Below, piece by piece: positions 1 through 8,512 of a DNA stretch of 64,000 nt. This DNA is from Ignavibacteriota bacterium (GTDB lineage Bacteria > Bacteroidota > Ignavibacteria > UBA10030 > CAVZMI01), in NCBI GenBank assembly GCA_963776275.1, contig CAVZMI010000029.1, forward strand, positions 23,123-87,122, in the 5' to 3' direction. The translations under genes and the position numbers were made by a program. Each line of letters starts with the position of its first letter. Within the stretch, counting starts at the first letter, position 1. The notes under the pieces are model-generated. The model was not told the origin of the DNA. It ran no database searches and was given only the letters and a program-made list of their open reading frames with translations.

Positions 1-54
1 TACATTGTCGTTCGATACTTTCACTTGTGTCGAGAATTAAATAGAACCAGCTAT

Positions 55-462
55 TCATGTGCGTCTGCTCCATCCTGCTGAATTGTGTCCAAAAACGTCA
101 ATCGGATATACCTTGTCCCCGTTCATCAATTCTTGATCTTCAACATTGAAGTTAACATCTTGTGAAGCATTAATTGAACCACCATTGCCTACCAAAAGTC
201 CTACTCCTACCTGACCGTTCCCGTCTGCTCGAGCTTCCCACTGATCGCAATTCTCATTCGAACGGAAAACAACAGTTGAAATATCCATTCCAATAACTGC
301 CGATATTTTATTTCGTGTGTATGATTGTATAACAATTATCGGTATTCCGGCAATCTCAAAAAATCCTTGAACAATCTTTTCCAATCCATAGCCAGAAAAT
401 CTCTGTAAAAAATTCCCTGATCTTAATCTTCCGCTCGGATTTCTTCGCCAAAGATTATTCAT
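55..462 (-). CDS. hypothetical virion-module protein
   Basis: 135-aa ORF. Its start overlaps the stop of the upstream ORF (ATGA at 459-462). Same strand and packing as the virion block. No motif recognised. Confidence 0.45.
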   Translation of the reverse strand: MNNLWRRNPSGRLRSGNFLQRFSGYGLEKIVQGFFEIAGIPIIVIQSYTRNKISAVIGMDISTVVFRSNENCDQWEARADGNGQVGVGLLVGNGGSINASQDVNFNVEDQELMNGDKVYPIDVFGHNSAGWSRRT

Positions 463-1304
463 CCGCTTGCCACTTCCAAAATGAGTTCAGGCAGGCCCGT
501 CGCTGTGCTATCGGCCACAACCTGTAAAATTAAAGCACTATCTGAATAAACAACTGGCATACCGGTTTTTAACATATCATGAATGTCACCATCATTTGCC
601 GCACGTACTCTACCGGAAGTCCAAAGAGGTCGAAGTATCAATACATTGAAAGTCCCGGCAGTCATTGCGGTGCTGCCATTGGTTACAATAACCGATTCTA
701 TTTTCTGTATACCAACATCTCCGGATGCTAATGCTATTTGGAACATCTTGCCCAATGTAAGTGCATTTGCAGCTTGAGCAGCCGAAATGATAGATGTATG
801 TCCGGTTGCTCCTTCGGAATTCGTGTATGTAACCTGAACTTGCCAGTTCGTACCTGTTACAAAAGCAGTTACGACTTCAATCCATATTTCATTTCCCTTC
901 CCAAAAATAGTTCCACTTCCGGGATAATCAGGGCAACGTTGAGAGATTACTGGTTGGGCAGAAAGGTTTGTTGTTCCGCCTGCATAAGAATATGCTCCTG
1001 CTTTGAAAAGCATATCATAAATTGATAGACGACTGGCAACCGAGTTACCAAACTCTACTTTTGATAGATACCCAACACCGGATGTAAAGAGAATAATTGG
1101 ACATCCTGCTGTTGCATCTGTTGGGACCACTCCATTGGCGGTAGATGTTCCTGCGAGAATACCGGCTCCTGGATTACCCGCCAAGTCAAAAACACTGAAC
1201 GGGATAACTGCCACACTTGTTCTTGAGGCGGTTTTATTTATCGTTATCCGTTGTTTTACAGATGCAATGTACTGATCGAGTGATGTAATCATACTGTACT
1301 CCAT
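459..1304 (-). CDS. hypothetical virion/tail-module protein
   Basis: 281-aa ORF, rich in G/T/S/A. 16-nt overlap with the upstream ORF. Family not recognised. Confidence 0.5.
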   Translation of the reverse strand: MEYSMITSLDQYIASVKQRITINKTASRTSVAVIPFSVFDLAGNPGAGILAGTSTANGVVPTDATAGCPIILFTSGVGYLSKVEFGNSVASRLSIYDMLFKAGAYSYAGGTTNLSAQPVISQRCPDYPGSGTIFGKGNEIWIEVVTAFVTGTNWQVQVTYTNSEGATGHTSIISAAQAANALTLGKMFQIALASGDVGIQKIESVIVTNGSTAMTAGTFNVLILRPLWTSGRVRAANDGDIHDMLKTGMPVVYSDSALILQVVADSTATGLPELILEVASG

Positions 1305-1975
1305 AGACCAGCTTGGTCTTTAGTGAATACTTTTATAATTTTCTGCCCATCACCACTGGAGGCGGCTTCCAGATCCGCACCGTCGATTGTGCAATTGATA
1401 TTCGTTGTAGCCGGATAATTCCCCGCCGCGCCATTCATGTTGGTGGAACCATTTGCCGTTCCAATTAGGATCCCTGCACTGTGGATGCTATCGATTGCAG
1501 GTACGACTTTAACTTTGTATTCATCAAAAATAGAATCGCATTGGAAGCTAAACGAACAAGTCCGTTTCCCTGCTATTTTGGAGATTGTTGTTACATCCGG
1601 CCCTACGCTAATTGTTGAAACCGGTACCGTCATATCAAGAGTAATGGAATCGGTTGCCTGAGAAGATTCATTATACACATTATCACGGATCTTCAGGTAC
1701 AATGTTTTCGAACCATCACCTGCAGAAAGCTTAACTTGCTTCGTTGCGTTAAACGAGATCCAGATCGATGAGCCTTCTGTCGACTGTATATTGGTATCAT
1801 AAGACGGATCAACATTTCCCCAGATCTTCATCTGGTACCCGGTTGTATCTCCATCACTGGTGCTTATCGCACACGACACTAATTGTACACTGGTATAAGC
1901 CGCTCCACCTTCAATAATTATTGAAGGCGATGCTGGCCCCGATGTATCTAAGGTTAAATTAAAATAACTGGACAT
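1289..1975 (-). CDS. hypothetical virion-module protein (beta-rich)
   Basis: 228-aa S/T/G-rich ORF in the virion block. Family not recognised. Confidence 0.5.
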   Translation of the reverse strand: MSSYFNLTLDTSGPASPSIIIEGGAAYTSVQLVSCAISTSDGDTTGYQMKIWGNVDPSYDTNIQSTEGSSIWISFNATKQVKLSAGDGSKTLYLKIRDNVYNESSQATDSITLDMTVPVSTISVGPDVTTISKIAGKRTCSFSFQCDSIFDEYKVKVVPAIDSIHSAGILIGTANGSTNMNGAAGNYPATTNINCTIDGADLEAASSGDGQKIIKVFTKDQAGLWSTV

Positions 1976-1998
1976 TGACTACTCCTTCGTATCTTCCC

Positions 1999-2355
1999 TT
2001 ACTTTGTTATCCGCTTCATTGCTGAACTGTAAATCTGCTCCCACTCACCGAGCGTCTTAATCTGACTCTGATCTCCATGCTCTTGGAGGAAGATTTCCAA
2101 CCGACTCTGGATCCCACGCGAATAGTTTTTTGACCGGCAGAAAGTCACAACATTGACCTTCGCCACTTCTTCATCTTTTGTCTTTTTCGTTATTTTCGCC
2201 GGCACCTTTCTGGATTTATTCGTTGTATCCACTTTGCTCGTATCGACATTAACTGATGATCCTGATACTCCCGGCACTAAAGGATCAGGGACTATTTGAT
2301 TCGATGTTTTTTCATCAATTGCCGATTGATCGGTATTCGTTCCTTCTCTTTCCAT
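1999..2355 (-). CDS. hypothetical protein
   Basis: 118-aa ORF that directly abuts the upstream ORF (stop 2357, start 2355). N-terminal half is K/T-rich. Confidence 0.4.
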   Translation of the reverse strand: MEREGTNTDQSAIDEKTSNQIVPDPLVPGVSGSSVNVDTSKVDTTNKSRKVPAKITKKTKDEEVAKVNVVTFCRSKNYSRGIQSRLEIFLQEHGDQSQIKTLGEWEQIYSSAMKRITK

Positions 2356-2356
2356 T

Positions 2357-3322
2357 TCATCCTCCTGCTAAATAAGTTGTGTCGACATACAACCACTCCC
2401 TTTTACCCTGTCCTCCAACTTGTAGTTGTTGCTCTATCACAAGTGCCACTGTCATCAAACCTTGTACACCTGCAGCACCCTCATACTTTCCTTCGCCATC
2501 GCCACTCATAATAAATCTTGCATCCCAGACCATACCGTTACCAGCTCTCATGATGTACCGTCTCATGATGGGTCTCATCACGCGCATAATATCAGTGAAC
2601 TTATCCCGCCGTGCCGGATTCCCAATACAGACCCATTCAACTTGGAAGGCATCTATATCGCTCTCACCTTTTACTATTTGATCATTATACTCTGCAATGA
2701 AACTTGAAAAATATCGTTCCGCTATCTGTCCAGGTAATCGGCTGACAACGACAAAAAAATCTTCATCTTTAACCGCAGAATAATTTTTCATAACTCGAAG
2801 ATTCTTAGGGATCTCCGGTTTTTGACCTTGCAGTGAACGAACGGCATCGATGGCTTTCTCCACTGCCCTGACAATCAGCGATTTTCCATCCACCGCATAT
2901 ATCTTGATCTGCGCTTCCGGGATGATACTAAGATCGATTGTGGATGAGGGTTTGTTCCACTTTTTATCTCTTATCATAGCTCGATAGAAATATTCTTTTC
3001 CGTTTTCTACTGAATAATCGACAATCCATGTATGCGCATTATCGAGATCTCTGAAAACAAATATTCCCAGATCTGCTAATTGCCCATCACTCAATTCATC
3101 ATCAAAATATTCCTCGATGTTTTCATTCGAAGGGTTTGCTCCCTGTTTCTTGAAAATATAGACCTGCCATACTTCAGGAAGATTTGTTGGCAATGTCCAA
3201 TTCAGTTGGATTTCTCCACCATGTGGATCAGAGTTCGCTGTAAATGATTCCAGCGGATCTGTATCATCTCTTGTAACCACGAGATAAAATATGAAGTGAA
3301 AAATTTTAGGGCGGCTCCTCAA
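2357..3322 (-). CDS. hypothetical virion-module protein
   Basis: 321-aa ORF. TTG at 3322 is the only start candidate I found near its 5' end. Preceded by the conserved 23-nt motif at 3355-3377. Confidence 0.5.
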   Translation of the reverse strand: MRSRPKIFHFIFYLVVTRDDTDPLESFTANSDPHGGEIQLNWTLPTNLPEVWQVYIFKKQGANPSNENIEEYFDDELSDGQLADLGIFVFRDLDNAHTWIVDYSVENGKEYFYRAMIRDKKWNKPSSTIDLSIIPEAQIKIYAVDGKSLIVRAVEKAIDAVRSLQGQKPEIPKNLRVMKNYSAVKDEDFFVVVSRLPGQIAERYFSSFIAEYNDQIVKGESDIDAFQVEWVCIGNPARRDKFTDIMRVMRPIMRRYIMRAGNGMVWDARFIMSGDGEGKYEGAAGVQGLMTVALVIEQQLQVGGQGKREWLYVDTTYLAGG

Positions 3323-3354
3323 CTGGAGCCATGAGAGAAGTTATTCTCAAAATA

Positions 3355-3377
3355 GGTAATTATTACCGTGATAATGG
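3355..3377 (-). promoter_or_regulatory. conserved palindromic motif, copy B (GGTAATTATTACCGTGATAATGG on the plus strand)
   Basis: Matches 14907-14929 at 22 of 23 positions. Contains the perfect palindrome GGTAAT-T-ATTACC. Lies about 35 nt upstream of a minus-strand virion ORF. Confidence 0.45.
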
Positions 3378-3456
3378 GAATTTAAACGAAAAATTTTCTT
3401 GACATTAATGTATAATATTATGAGATTCACGCATTATACTACTAATGGAGCCTACC

Positions 3457-3798
3457 ATGAAACCACGAATCACGTCTGTATTAATTGCATTTCTCTCGCT
3501 ATTTTTTCTTATAGCTCAATTAGATGCCGGTCAATGCAAAGCCATAACAAAGAAGGGAACCCAATGTAAACGAGAAGCGGTTTCCGGTTCTGACTATTGC
3601 TGGCAACATGGGGGCTCAAAAAAGAACAATTCATCAGTTTCCTCAAAATCCACCGATCAGTCTCCTGCGACTAAACAATCTAAAAAAGAGACAACCATCG
3701 GTACTACGGCAACCGGCAAATCCTTATATCAAGGACCGCGTGGAGGTGTATATCATTATAGTAAAAGTGGAAAAAAGGTATATCATAAAAGAAGGTAG
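3457..3798 (+). CDS. small secreted Cys/His-motif protein with a basic C-terminal GPRGG..GKKVY motif
   Basis: GGAG sits 7 nt upstream of ATG 3457, so the track start at 3445 lies upstream of the SD. N-terminus MKPRITSVLIAFLSLFFLIAQLDA looks like a signal peptide. Contains CKAITKKGTQCKREAVSGSDYCWQHG and GPRGGVYHYSKSGKKVY. Confidence 0.55.
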   Translation: MKPRITSVLIAFLSLFFLIAQLDAGQCKAITKKGTQCKREAVSGSDYCWQHGGSKKNNSSVSSKSTDQSPATKQSKKETTIGTTATGKSLYQGPRGGVYHYSKSGKKVYHKRR

Positions 3799-3806
3799 GC
3801 TAATTT

Positions 3807-4031
3807 ATGAAACTATCTAAAGATATTCGTGATTTACTACTCTGTTTGTTAATTGCGATTTCTGTAATATTCATATTTCAAACTTGCAGTAAGGATAGTA
3901 ATCCAACCTCATCCGGGGATTGTCCAAACGGAAGAAGTGGAGCGGTTTGCAACGATGGGACAACAAGTTCGGCGACGGGGAGTGGTGCTTGCTCAAAACA
4001 TGGAGGTGTTAATCACTGGCTATGTAAATAA
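3807..4031 (+). CDS. small secreted or lipoprotein-like DUF3761-type protein
   Basis: Hydrophobic N-terminus ending FIFQTC. C-terminal CNDGTTSSATGSGACSKHGGVNHWLC fits my recollection of the DUF3761 pattern CxDGxxSxSxxxxGxCSxHGGVxxW. Confidence 0.55.
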   Translation: MKLSKDIRDLLLCLLIAISVIFIFQTCSKDSNPTSSGDCPNGRSGAVCNDGTTSSATGSGACSKHGGVNHWLCK

Positions 4032-4061
4032 ATATAAAATCCTCTCCATCCTTTCATCTTT

Positions 4062-4940
4062 TTATTCCGCAGCAAGTCCGGCTTTCTGGAAGGCGTCTTT
4101 GACGGCTTTTGCCAGCATCCCATAGAATTCTGTTTTCACTGAATTAATCGCCTTTTCAGCAATATGCGATGCCTGGATCCCGGGATGTATCCACGCTTGG
4201 GGATCGGAGTTCTCGGATATTGTCCTGAATGATGAATACCGAGATCCGGAACCCGGACCAGCCTTGAATCTTACAATATTCTCAAAAGGTGATGTTTTCC
4301 ATGTGTACCGTACTGATCCTGTTGGCTCCCCGCCGCGAGGATATAGAGTCTGGCTCCCAGGTTTCCCCGCTCCCGATCGGGCCAGATCTCCTGTGACCGG
4401 AAAGACTTTCGATCGTCTGCCCAGATCTCCCATCCCCTTCAGCCGGCCGCCCCAGTCATATGAGCGCTGATCGCCCCGGGCCGTGTTTCTTATTATTGTG
4501 GTAATCCTACTTTCTCTCAAACCCCGGGCGCCCTCATACACTCCGGCTTCTTTGAGTTCGGATGTCGAATGTTCAAAAGGTATATGGATATATCTTTTTC
4601 CATCTTTCCCTACTTTTACCTTTGCACTCGTGCTCAACATTTTCTTGAGATCGAATGGTTGAACACCTTCCTCCAGATATTTCGCTGCAACATGTCTATT
4701 GACCACGAAAAATTGTAGTGGATCATGCTCGAATGGATATTCAATTCCTTCATCGATCTTTTGAATGTAGCCCCCGGGTCTTTTGAGGGCTGTCGCCGCT
4801 TCTTTGTGCCACGCCTGCACTAAAACCCCATAGCCGAAAGCCTCGACCTCACGCTCCAACTGCTCCTTCAATCCTTCAATTGCACTAACCAGATTTTCGA
4901 AAGGGGTGATATCGATAAAATATGAGAGTCGGATATCCAT
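4062..4940 (-). CDS. hypothetical virion-module protein
   Basis: 292-aa ORF convergent with the plus-strand pair of small genes. Family not recognised. Confidence 0.5.
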   Translation of the reverse strand: MDIRLSYFIDITPFENLVSAIEGLKEQLEREVEAFGYGVLVQAWHKEAATALKRPGGYIQKIDEGIEYPFEHDPLQFFVVNRHVAAKYLEEGVQPFDLKKMLSTSAKVKVGKDGKRYIHIPFEHSTSELKEAGVYEGARGLRESRITTIIRNTARGDQRSYDWGGRLKGMGDLGRRSKVFPVTGDLARSGAGKPGSQTLYPRGGEPTGSVRYTWKTSPFENIVRFKAGPGSGSRYSSFRTISENSDPQAWIHPGIQASHIAEKAINSVKTEFYGMLAKAVKDAFQKAGLAAE

Positions 4941-4964
4941 TATTAATATTTCTATGTGAATAAC

Positions 4965-4993
4965 TTGCTTTTTAAAATGAATATAGCTATACT
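4965..4993 (+). promoter_or_regulatory. sigma70-like promoter for the RHH-tnpB unit
   Basis: TTGCTT (4965-4970), 17-nt spacer, TATACT (4988-4993). The RHH ATG follows 6 nt later with no SD, so the transcript may be leaderless. Confidence 0.4.
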
Positions 4994-4999
4994 ATCTAT

Positions 5000-5131
5000 A
5001 TGAGAATCTTCCAAATTTATCTGACCAAACCTCAGATTGCGGCACTTAAAAAGCTCTCAGAGAAACTCGATCTAAGCATTGCCGAGCTCGTGCGTCGTGC
5101 CATTGATATGTTCTTGGAACAACAAAAATGA
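5000..5131 (+). CDS. ribbon-helix-helix (CopG/Arc-like) small protein coupled to tnpB
   Basis: 43-codon ORF absent from the track (under 60 aa): MRIFQIYLTKPQIAALKKLSEKLDLSIAELVRRAIDMFLEQQK. It has a beta-strand then two helices with the SxAELxRxAI signature. Its TGA overlaps the tnpB ATG (ATGA at 5128-5131). Confidence 0.6.
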   Translation: MRIFQIYLTKPQIAALKKLSEKLDLSIAELVRRAIDMFLEQQK

Positions 5132-6267
5132 GACGCACATTTCAATATCGAGTTCAACTTTCTAAAACTAATGAAGCGAATTGTCTCAGATGGTTAGAGC
5201 AATGCCGAATTCTCTACAACCTTGCTCTTGAACAACGTATTACCATCTATCGACAAAGCAGAAAATCCCTTTCTTGTTACGATCAAATAAAACAGTTGCC
5301 CGAACTCAAAAAAGAGTTTTCCGATTTCAAACAGGTTGATTCTCAATGTTTGCAGGATGTTCTTGAACGACTCGATAAAGCATTTAAAGGATTCTTTCGG
5401 CATGTCAAACAGGGTAAAGCTGGATTTCCACGCTTCAAGTCTTTTGGAAGATATGATTCCTTCACGTTGAAACAATGCAGTTGGAAACTCAATATTAGAA
5501 ATCTTACCATCAAAAATATCGGAGTTCTCAGCCTTCGTCTCTCCCGGCCGATCGAAGGCCGTATCAAGACCATTACAATTCGTCGAACTCCAACCGGCAA
5601 ATGGTTCGCCTGTTTCTCCTGTGATGAGGTTCCCGTTCGAAGCTTTCCGATAACCACGGCCGAAGTGGGTATCGATGTTGGTAGCAGAACATTTTGTACA
5701 GACTCCGATGGATTCAGTATTCCCAATCCAAAATATTTGAAACAGGGGCAAGCTGATCTCCGACGCAAGCAGCGTCGCCTTGCCAGGCGTGTCAGAGGCT
5801 CGCAACGCAGGAAGAAAGCACGGATGCTTGTAGCTAAGGCCCACGAGAAAGTAGCCAATCAGCGGAAAGATTTTCTTCATAAGTTGGCGAACGACTATAT
5901 AAGAAAATACAAAACGATCCATATTGAGGATCTCAATATTCAAGAAATGGTAAAAGGAATTAAAGGCAATACGAAATACATCGGCAAATCCGTGGCCGAT
6001 GCCGGATGGGGTGAATTCTTTCGAATGCTCTCGTACAAAGCGGAAGAAGCTGGTCGAGTCATTGTTAGAGTTCCCTCGAAGGATACGACAACCACCTGTT
6101 CCCGATGCGGCGTTGCTGTTCCAAAATCTCTTACCATTCGTATTCATCGATGTCCCTCTTGTAATCTTAAAATCGGCCGTGACCTAAATGCGGCTCTGAA
6201 TCTTTTAAGGGTCGGGCAGACCCTTCAGGCGTCAACGTGGGCTGATGTAAGGCCGTGCGTTGCCTGA
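5128..6267 (+). CDS. tnpB: TnpB (IS200/IS605-family OrfB, RNA-guided RuvC nuclease), copy 1
   Basis: 379 aa. N-terminus MRRTFQYRVQLSKT..CLRWLEQCRILYNLALEQR. RuvC motifs GIDVG, IHIEDL and RDLNAALN. Zinc finger CSRCG..CPSC. Paralog of 50143-51270. Confidence 0.9.
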   Translation: MRRTFQYRVQLSKTNEANCLRWLEQCRILYNLALEQRITIYRQSRKSLSCYDQIKQLPELKKEFSDFKQVDSQCLQDVLERLDKAFKGFFRHVKQGKAGFPRFKSFGRYDSFTLKQCSWKLNIRNLTIKNIGVLSLRLSRPIEGRIKTITIRRTPTGKWFACFSCDEVPVRSFPITTAEVGIDVGSRTFCTDSDGFSIPNPKYLKQGQADLRRKQRRLARRVRGSQRRKKARMLVAKAHEKVANQRKDFLHKLANDYIRKYKTIHIEDLNIQEMVKGIKGNTKYIGKSVADAGWGEFFRMLSYKAEEAGRVIVRVPSKDTTTTCSRCGVAVPKSLTIRIHRCPSCNLKIGRDLNAALNLLRVGQTLQASTWADVRPCVA

Positions 6268-6322
6268 GAATCTCGGCGTTTTTAAAAGCATGGGAATGTC
6301 AAAGCCTCTCATATTTCATAGC
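6160..6322 (+). ncRNA. putative omega RNA (reRNA) of TnpB copy 1. The 5' boundary is approximate, and the guide is predicted at 6303-6322.
   Basis: A 35-nt block (6203-6237) is 100% identical to copy 2 while the flanking codons differ at synonymous sites. It contains the hairpin GGGTC-GGGCA-GACCC (6209-6223). Conservation continues about 35 nt past the stop codon and ends at GGGAATGTCAA (6302). Confidence 0.5.
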
Positions 6323-6325
6323 CGA

Positions 6326-7159
6326 TCATAAATCGTTGTCCAAGAATCTGTCGTTCGTTTCAAATACATCTTGTTTGGTGTCTACTGTGTCGATCGGATT
6401 TGTCAACTTATTGAAAAATGCACGCTTCACCGTCATAACCATTTTCGGAAGATCATTTTCTTCCGTAGCCCGGGCTTTCGCCAGTTCTTCCCAAACGATG
6501 TAGTTTGGTGAGCACAAAAATTCGACGGCATAATCTGCACCCACGGCCGGCGCCTTACTGTCCTCTGTCTCTAACCATTCGACTTCTATATCCGAGACCA
6601 CAGGCATATCCGCCGACGCCGAAATCTGTACTGTCCCATCCGACAATATTACGGTAGTAGGTTCGGTTCCATTGACCTTAATTTTATAGTCAGTCCCATA
6701 TATGTATCGGAGTTCGAATTTCTCGGCGTTCACACTCACGAGAGACAAAATGCTCTTTACGTCAAAGGCAAAGATCACATCTTTTTTCCCTCTGGTAAGA
6801 ACATCGAAATCTCTGATGGGCTTGTTCTTGATAACAATAATATCGCCTTTGAATATGCGATCGTAAATTGTCAGCCGCTTAAATTCACCTTCGACCCATT
6901 CCACTGGAGGTATCGAGAACCGCGCACCACCCTCATAAATCTTCCCCGCTGGCCGCGTAATGATATGATAGCTTACAGAAGTTCGGATCAATCTTACCTG
7001 GACCGGGTCATCATATTTGTATCCATGAATTGCATCGGCATCCGCCATAGTTAATCCATGCCTGAGTTCAGGCGACAATTTGGATTGATACCATAGGCAT
7101 TCGACTCCGAATTGTCGGATCAATTTCTGTACTTTGCTATTCGATAATATTTTTCTCAT
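6326..7159 (-). CDS. hypothetical virion-module protein
   Basis: 277-aa ORF, 8 nt downstream of the preceding virion ORF. Family not recognised. Confidence 0.5.
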   Translation of the reverse strand: MRKILSNSKVQKLIRQFGVECLWYQSKLSPELRHGLTMADADAIHGYKYDDPVQVRLIRTSVSYHIITRPAGKIYEGGARFSIPPVEWVEGEFKRLTIYDRIFKGDIIVIKNKPIRDFDVLTRGKKDVIFAFDVKSILSLVSVNAEKFELRYIYGTDYKIKVNGTEPTTVILSDGTVQISASADMPVVSDIEVEWLETEDSKAPAVGADYAVEFLCSPNYIVWEELAKARATEENDLPKMVMTVKRAFFNKLTNPIDTVDTKQDVFETNDRFLDNDL

Positions 7160-7167
7160 CGCCGGTC

Positions 7168-8268
7168 CTATACTACAGTTATTTCGTAACCGATACCATA
7201 TTCCCTCTTCATTTCCTCAGTCCACTTCGTTTCATCCTCGCGCAAATCTTTGAGCAGTCGATCAATACCCGATGACTCCGAACTGCTCACTCCATCCATC
7301 GACAAACTCTGAGAAATCAAGCGTACCTTCGCATCAATCTTAGGCAATATTTCAATAAGTGCGTTCCGGCCGATTGCTCTGCGAATTGCTTCTTTCTTTG
7401 CATCATCTAATGTCGGGAAATCCAGACCATGCGTATACTCGATCCGGAATAGTTGCGGGACACGACTGTATATCCCTCCCTGCATAATTGTTAGCCCGAG
7501 ACCATTCATCGCACCAATCAGTATTGAATACAGGGAGCCGGACATGGCTGTCGGCAAGAATTCTATTATACCCATCTTCTTGTCTATTACCAGCTGGTCA
7601 GCAATATTCGGGATAAGCTCAGCTTGCTGACTGCCGTATACCAACTTGAAGGAATCAACACTAATGAGCGGCCGGCAATCTACCTGCTGCAGCCAGAATT
7701 CTGTCTTGAAATCCTGCAAATAGTAATCGCGTTTTATTGAGTCTTTGGACTTAAAAAATTTCATCTTTATTCTATTTTCAAGCTCTCCCTGTGAAGCGAG
7801 AAGCGTATTTCTCATACTATCCCGATCTTCTTTTACATATGATTCGACGGCATCCTTATAATCGTCATCCAACTTCGCATCTGCGGCTATGTATTGACTT
7901 AGGAATATCGATACCGGCATAATTTCTGCCCGAACGCCATTTGTATCTCCAACAGTAATTAATCTGATATCCTGAGGCACATTCGATTGATCAATAAGAA
8001 CGTTGATTTCTTCGTTTTGGACATTCCAGTAAATGCGATAATAACCAGGTCTCGTATTTTGAGAGAATATTACATCGATGTAGTATTGATTTTTATCTTC
8101 TGCATCATCGAATGTAGCTTCCTTGTCTTTGATCTCTTCACTCTGATCATCGAGGGCCACGGCTCCATCCTCGCCGTAAATGCTTGCGGTGACAGTAAGG
8201 TCTGCCACCGCCGCATTCGCATCTTCGAGATAGAATCTATTCGTACCTTGAAGAGCCAATGTTTTCAT
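7168..8268 (-). CDS. hypothetical virion-module protein
   Basis: 366-aa acidic ORF, tightly packed after the 75-aa ORF. Family not recognised. Confidence 0.5.
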   Translation of the reverse strand: MKTLALQGTNRFYLEDANAAVADLTVTASIYGEDGAVALDDQSEEIKDKEATFDDAEDKNQYYIDVIFSQNTRPGYYRIYWNVQNEEINVLIDQSNVPQDIRLITVGDTNGVRAEIMPVSIFLSQYIAADAKLDDDYKDAVESYVKEDRDSMRNTLLASQGELENRIKMKFFKSKDSIKRDYYLQDFKTEFWLQQVDCRPLISVDSFKLVYGSQQAELIPNIADQLVIDKKMGIIEFLPTAMSGSLYSILIGAMNGLGLTIMQGGIYSRVPQLFRIEYTHGLDFPTLDDAKKEAIRRAIGRNALIEILPKIDAKVRLISQSLSMDGVSSSESSGIDRLLKDLREDETKWTEEMKREYGIGYEITVV

Positions 8269-8271
8269 CTA

Positions 8272-8499
8272 TTATGATCCTTTATTTTTCTCGTCAATAT
8301 ACCGATTTGCGATATCCATGGTATCTTGGTCTGTGCAGATAATCTGATGCTTTGACCAATCCAGCTTCGGGCCGGCAAAATATACTTCTTTCAATTTCAA
8401 TTTTCTCAATTCGGCCAAATCGAACGAAGTGTATGGTGCATCATAGAAATACAAATTGAAAGATTGACCTTCGAATTTTATAGCTTCTTTGTTTTTCAT
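8272..8499 (-). CDS. hypothetical protein
   Basis: 75-aa ORF between the tail fibre gene and the 366-aa ORF. Confidence 0.4.
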   Translation of the reverse strand: MKNKEAIKFEGQSFNLYFYDAPYTSFDLAELRKLKLKEVYFAGPKLDWSKHQIICTDQDTMDIANRYIDEKNKGS

Positions 8500-8512
8500 A
8501 TCCTAATCCTTA

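Noticed and set aside
3399-3416. Perfect TTGACA and TATAAT hexamers upstream of the plus-strand pair of small genes.
   Set aside because: They are separated by only 6 nt, not 16-18, so they cannot act together as one sigma70 promoter. The alternative pairings I tried gave poor hexamers. The real promoter of these genes remains undefined.
5194-6147. Long antisense ORFs in the track. Examples are 5194-6147(-) and 5343-5858(-) opposite tnpB, 56222-57049(+) opposite the repeat gene, 55233-55844(+), 34330-34911(+), 13567-14085(+), 10098-10568(+), 23907-24371(+) and 43455-43895(+).
   Set aside because: Each lies entirely within, or mostly opposite, an ORF that has recognisable motifs or operon coupling. 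Their translations are low-complexity or Ser/Leu/Phe/Cys-rich, as expected of shadow frames, and none has a convincing SD. The 275-aa plus-strand ORF at 56222 is simply the reverse reading of the 66-bp repeats.
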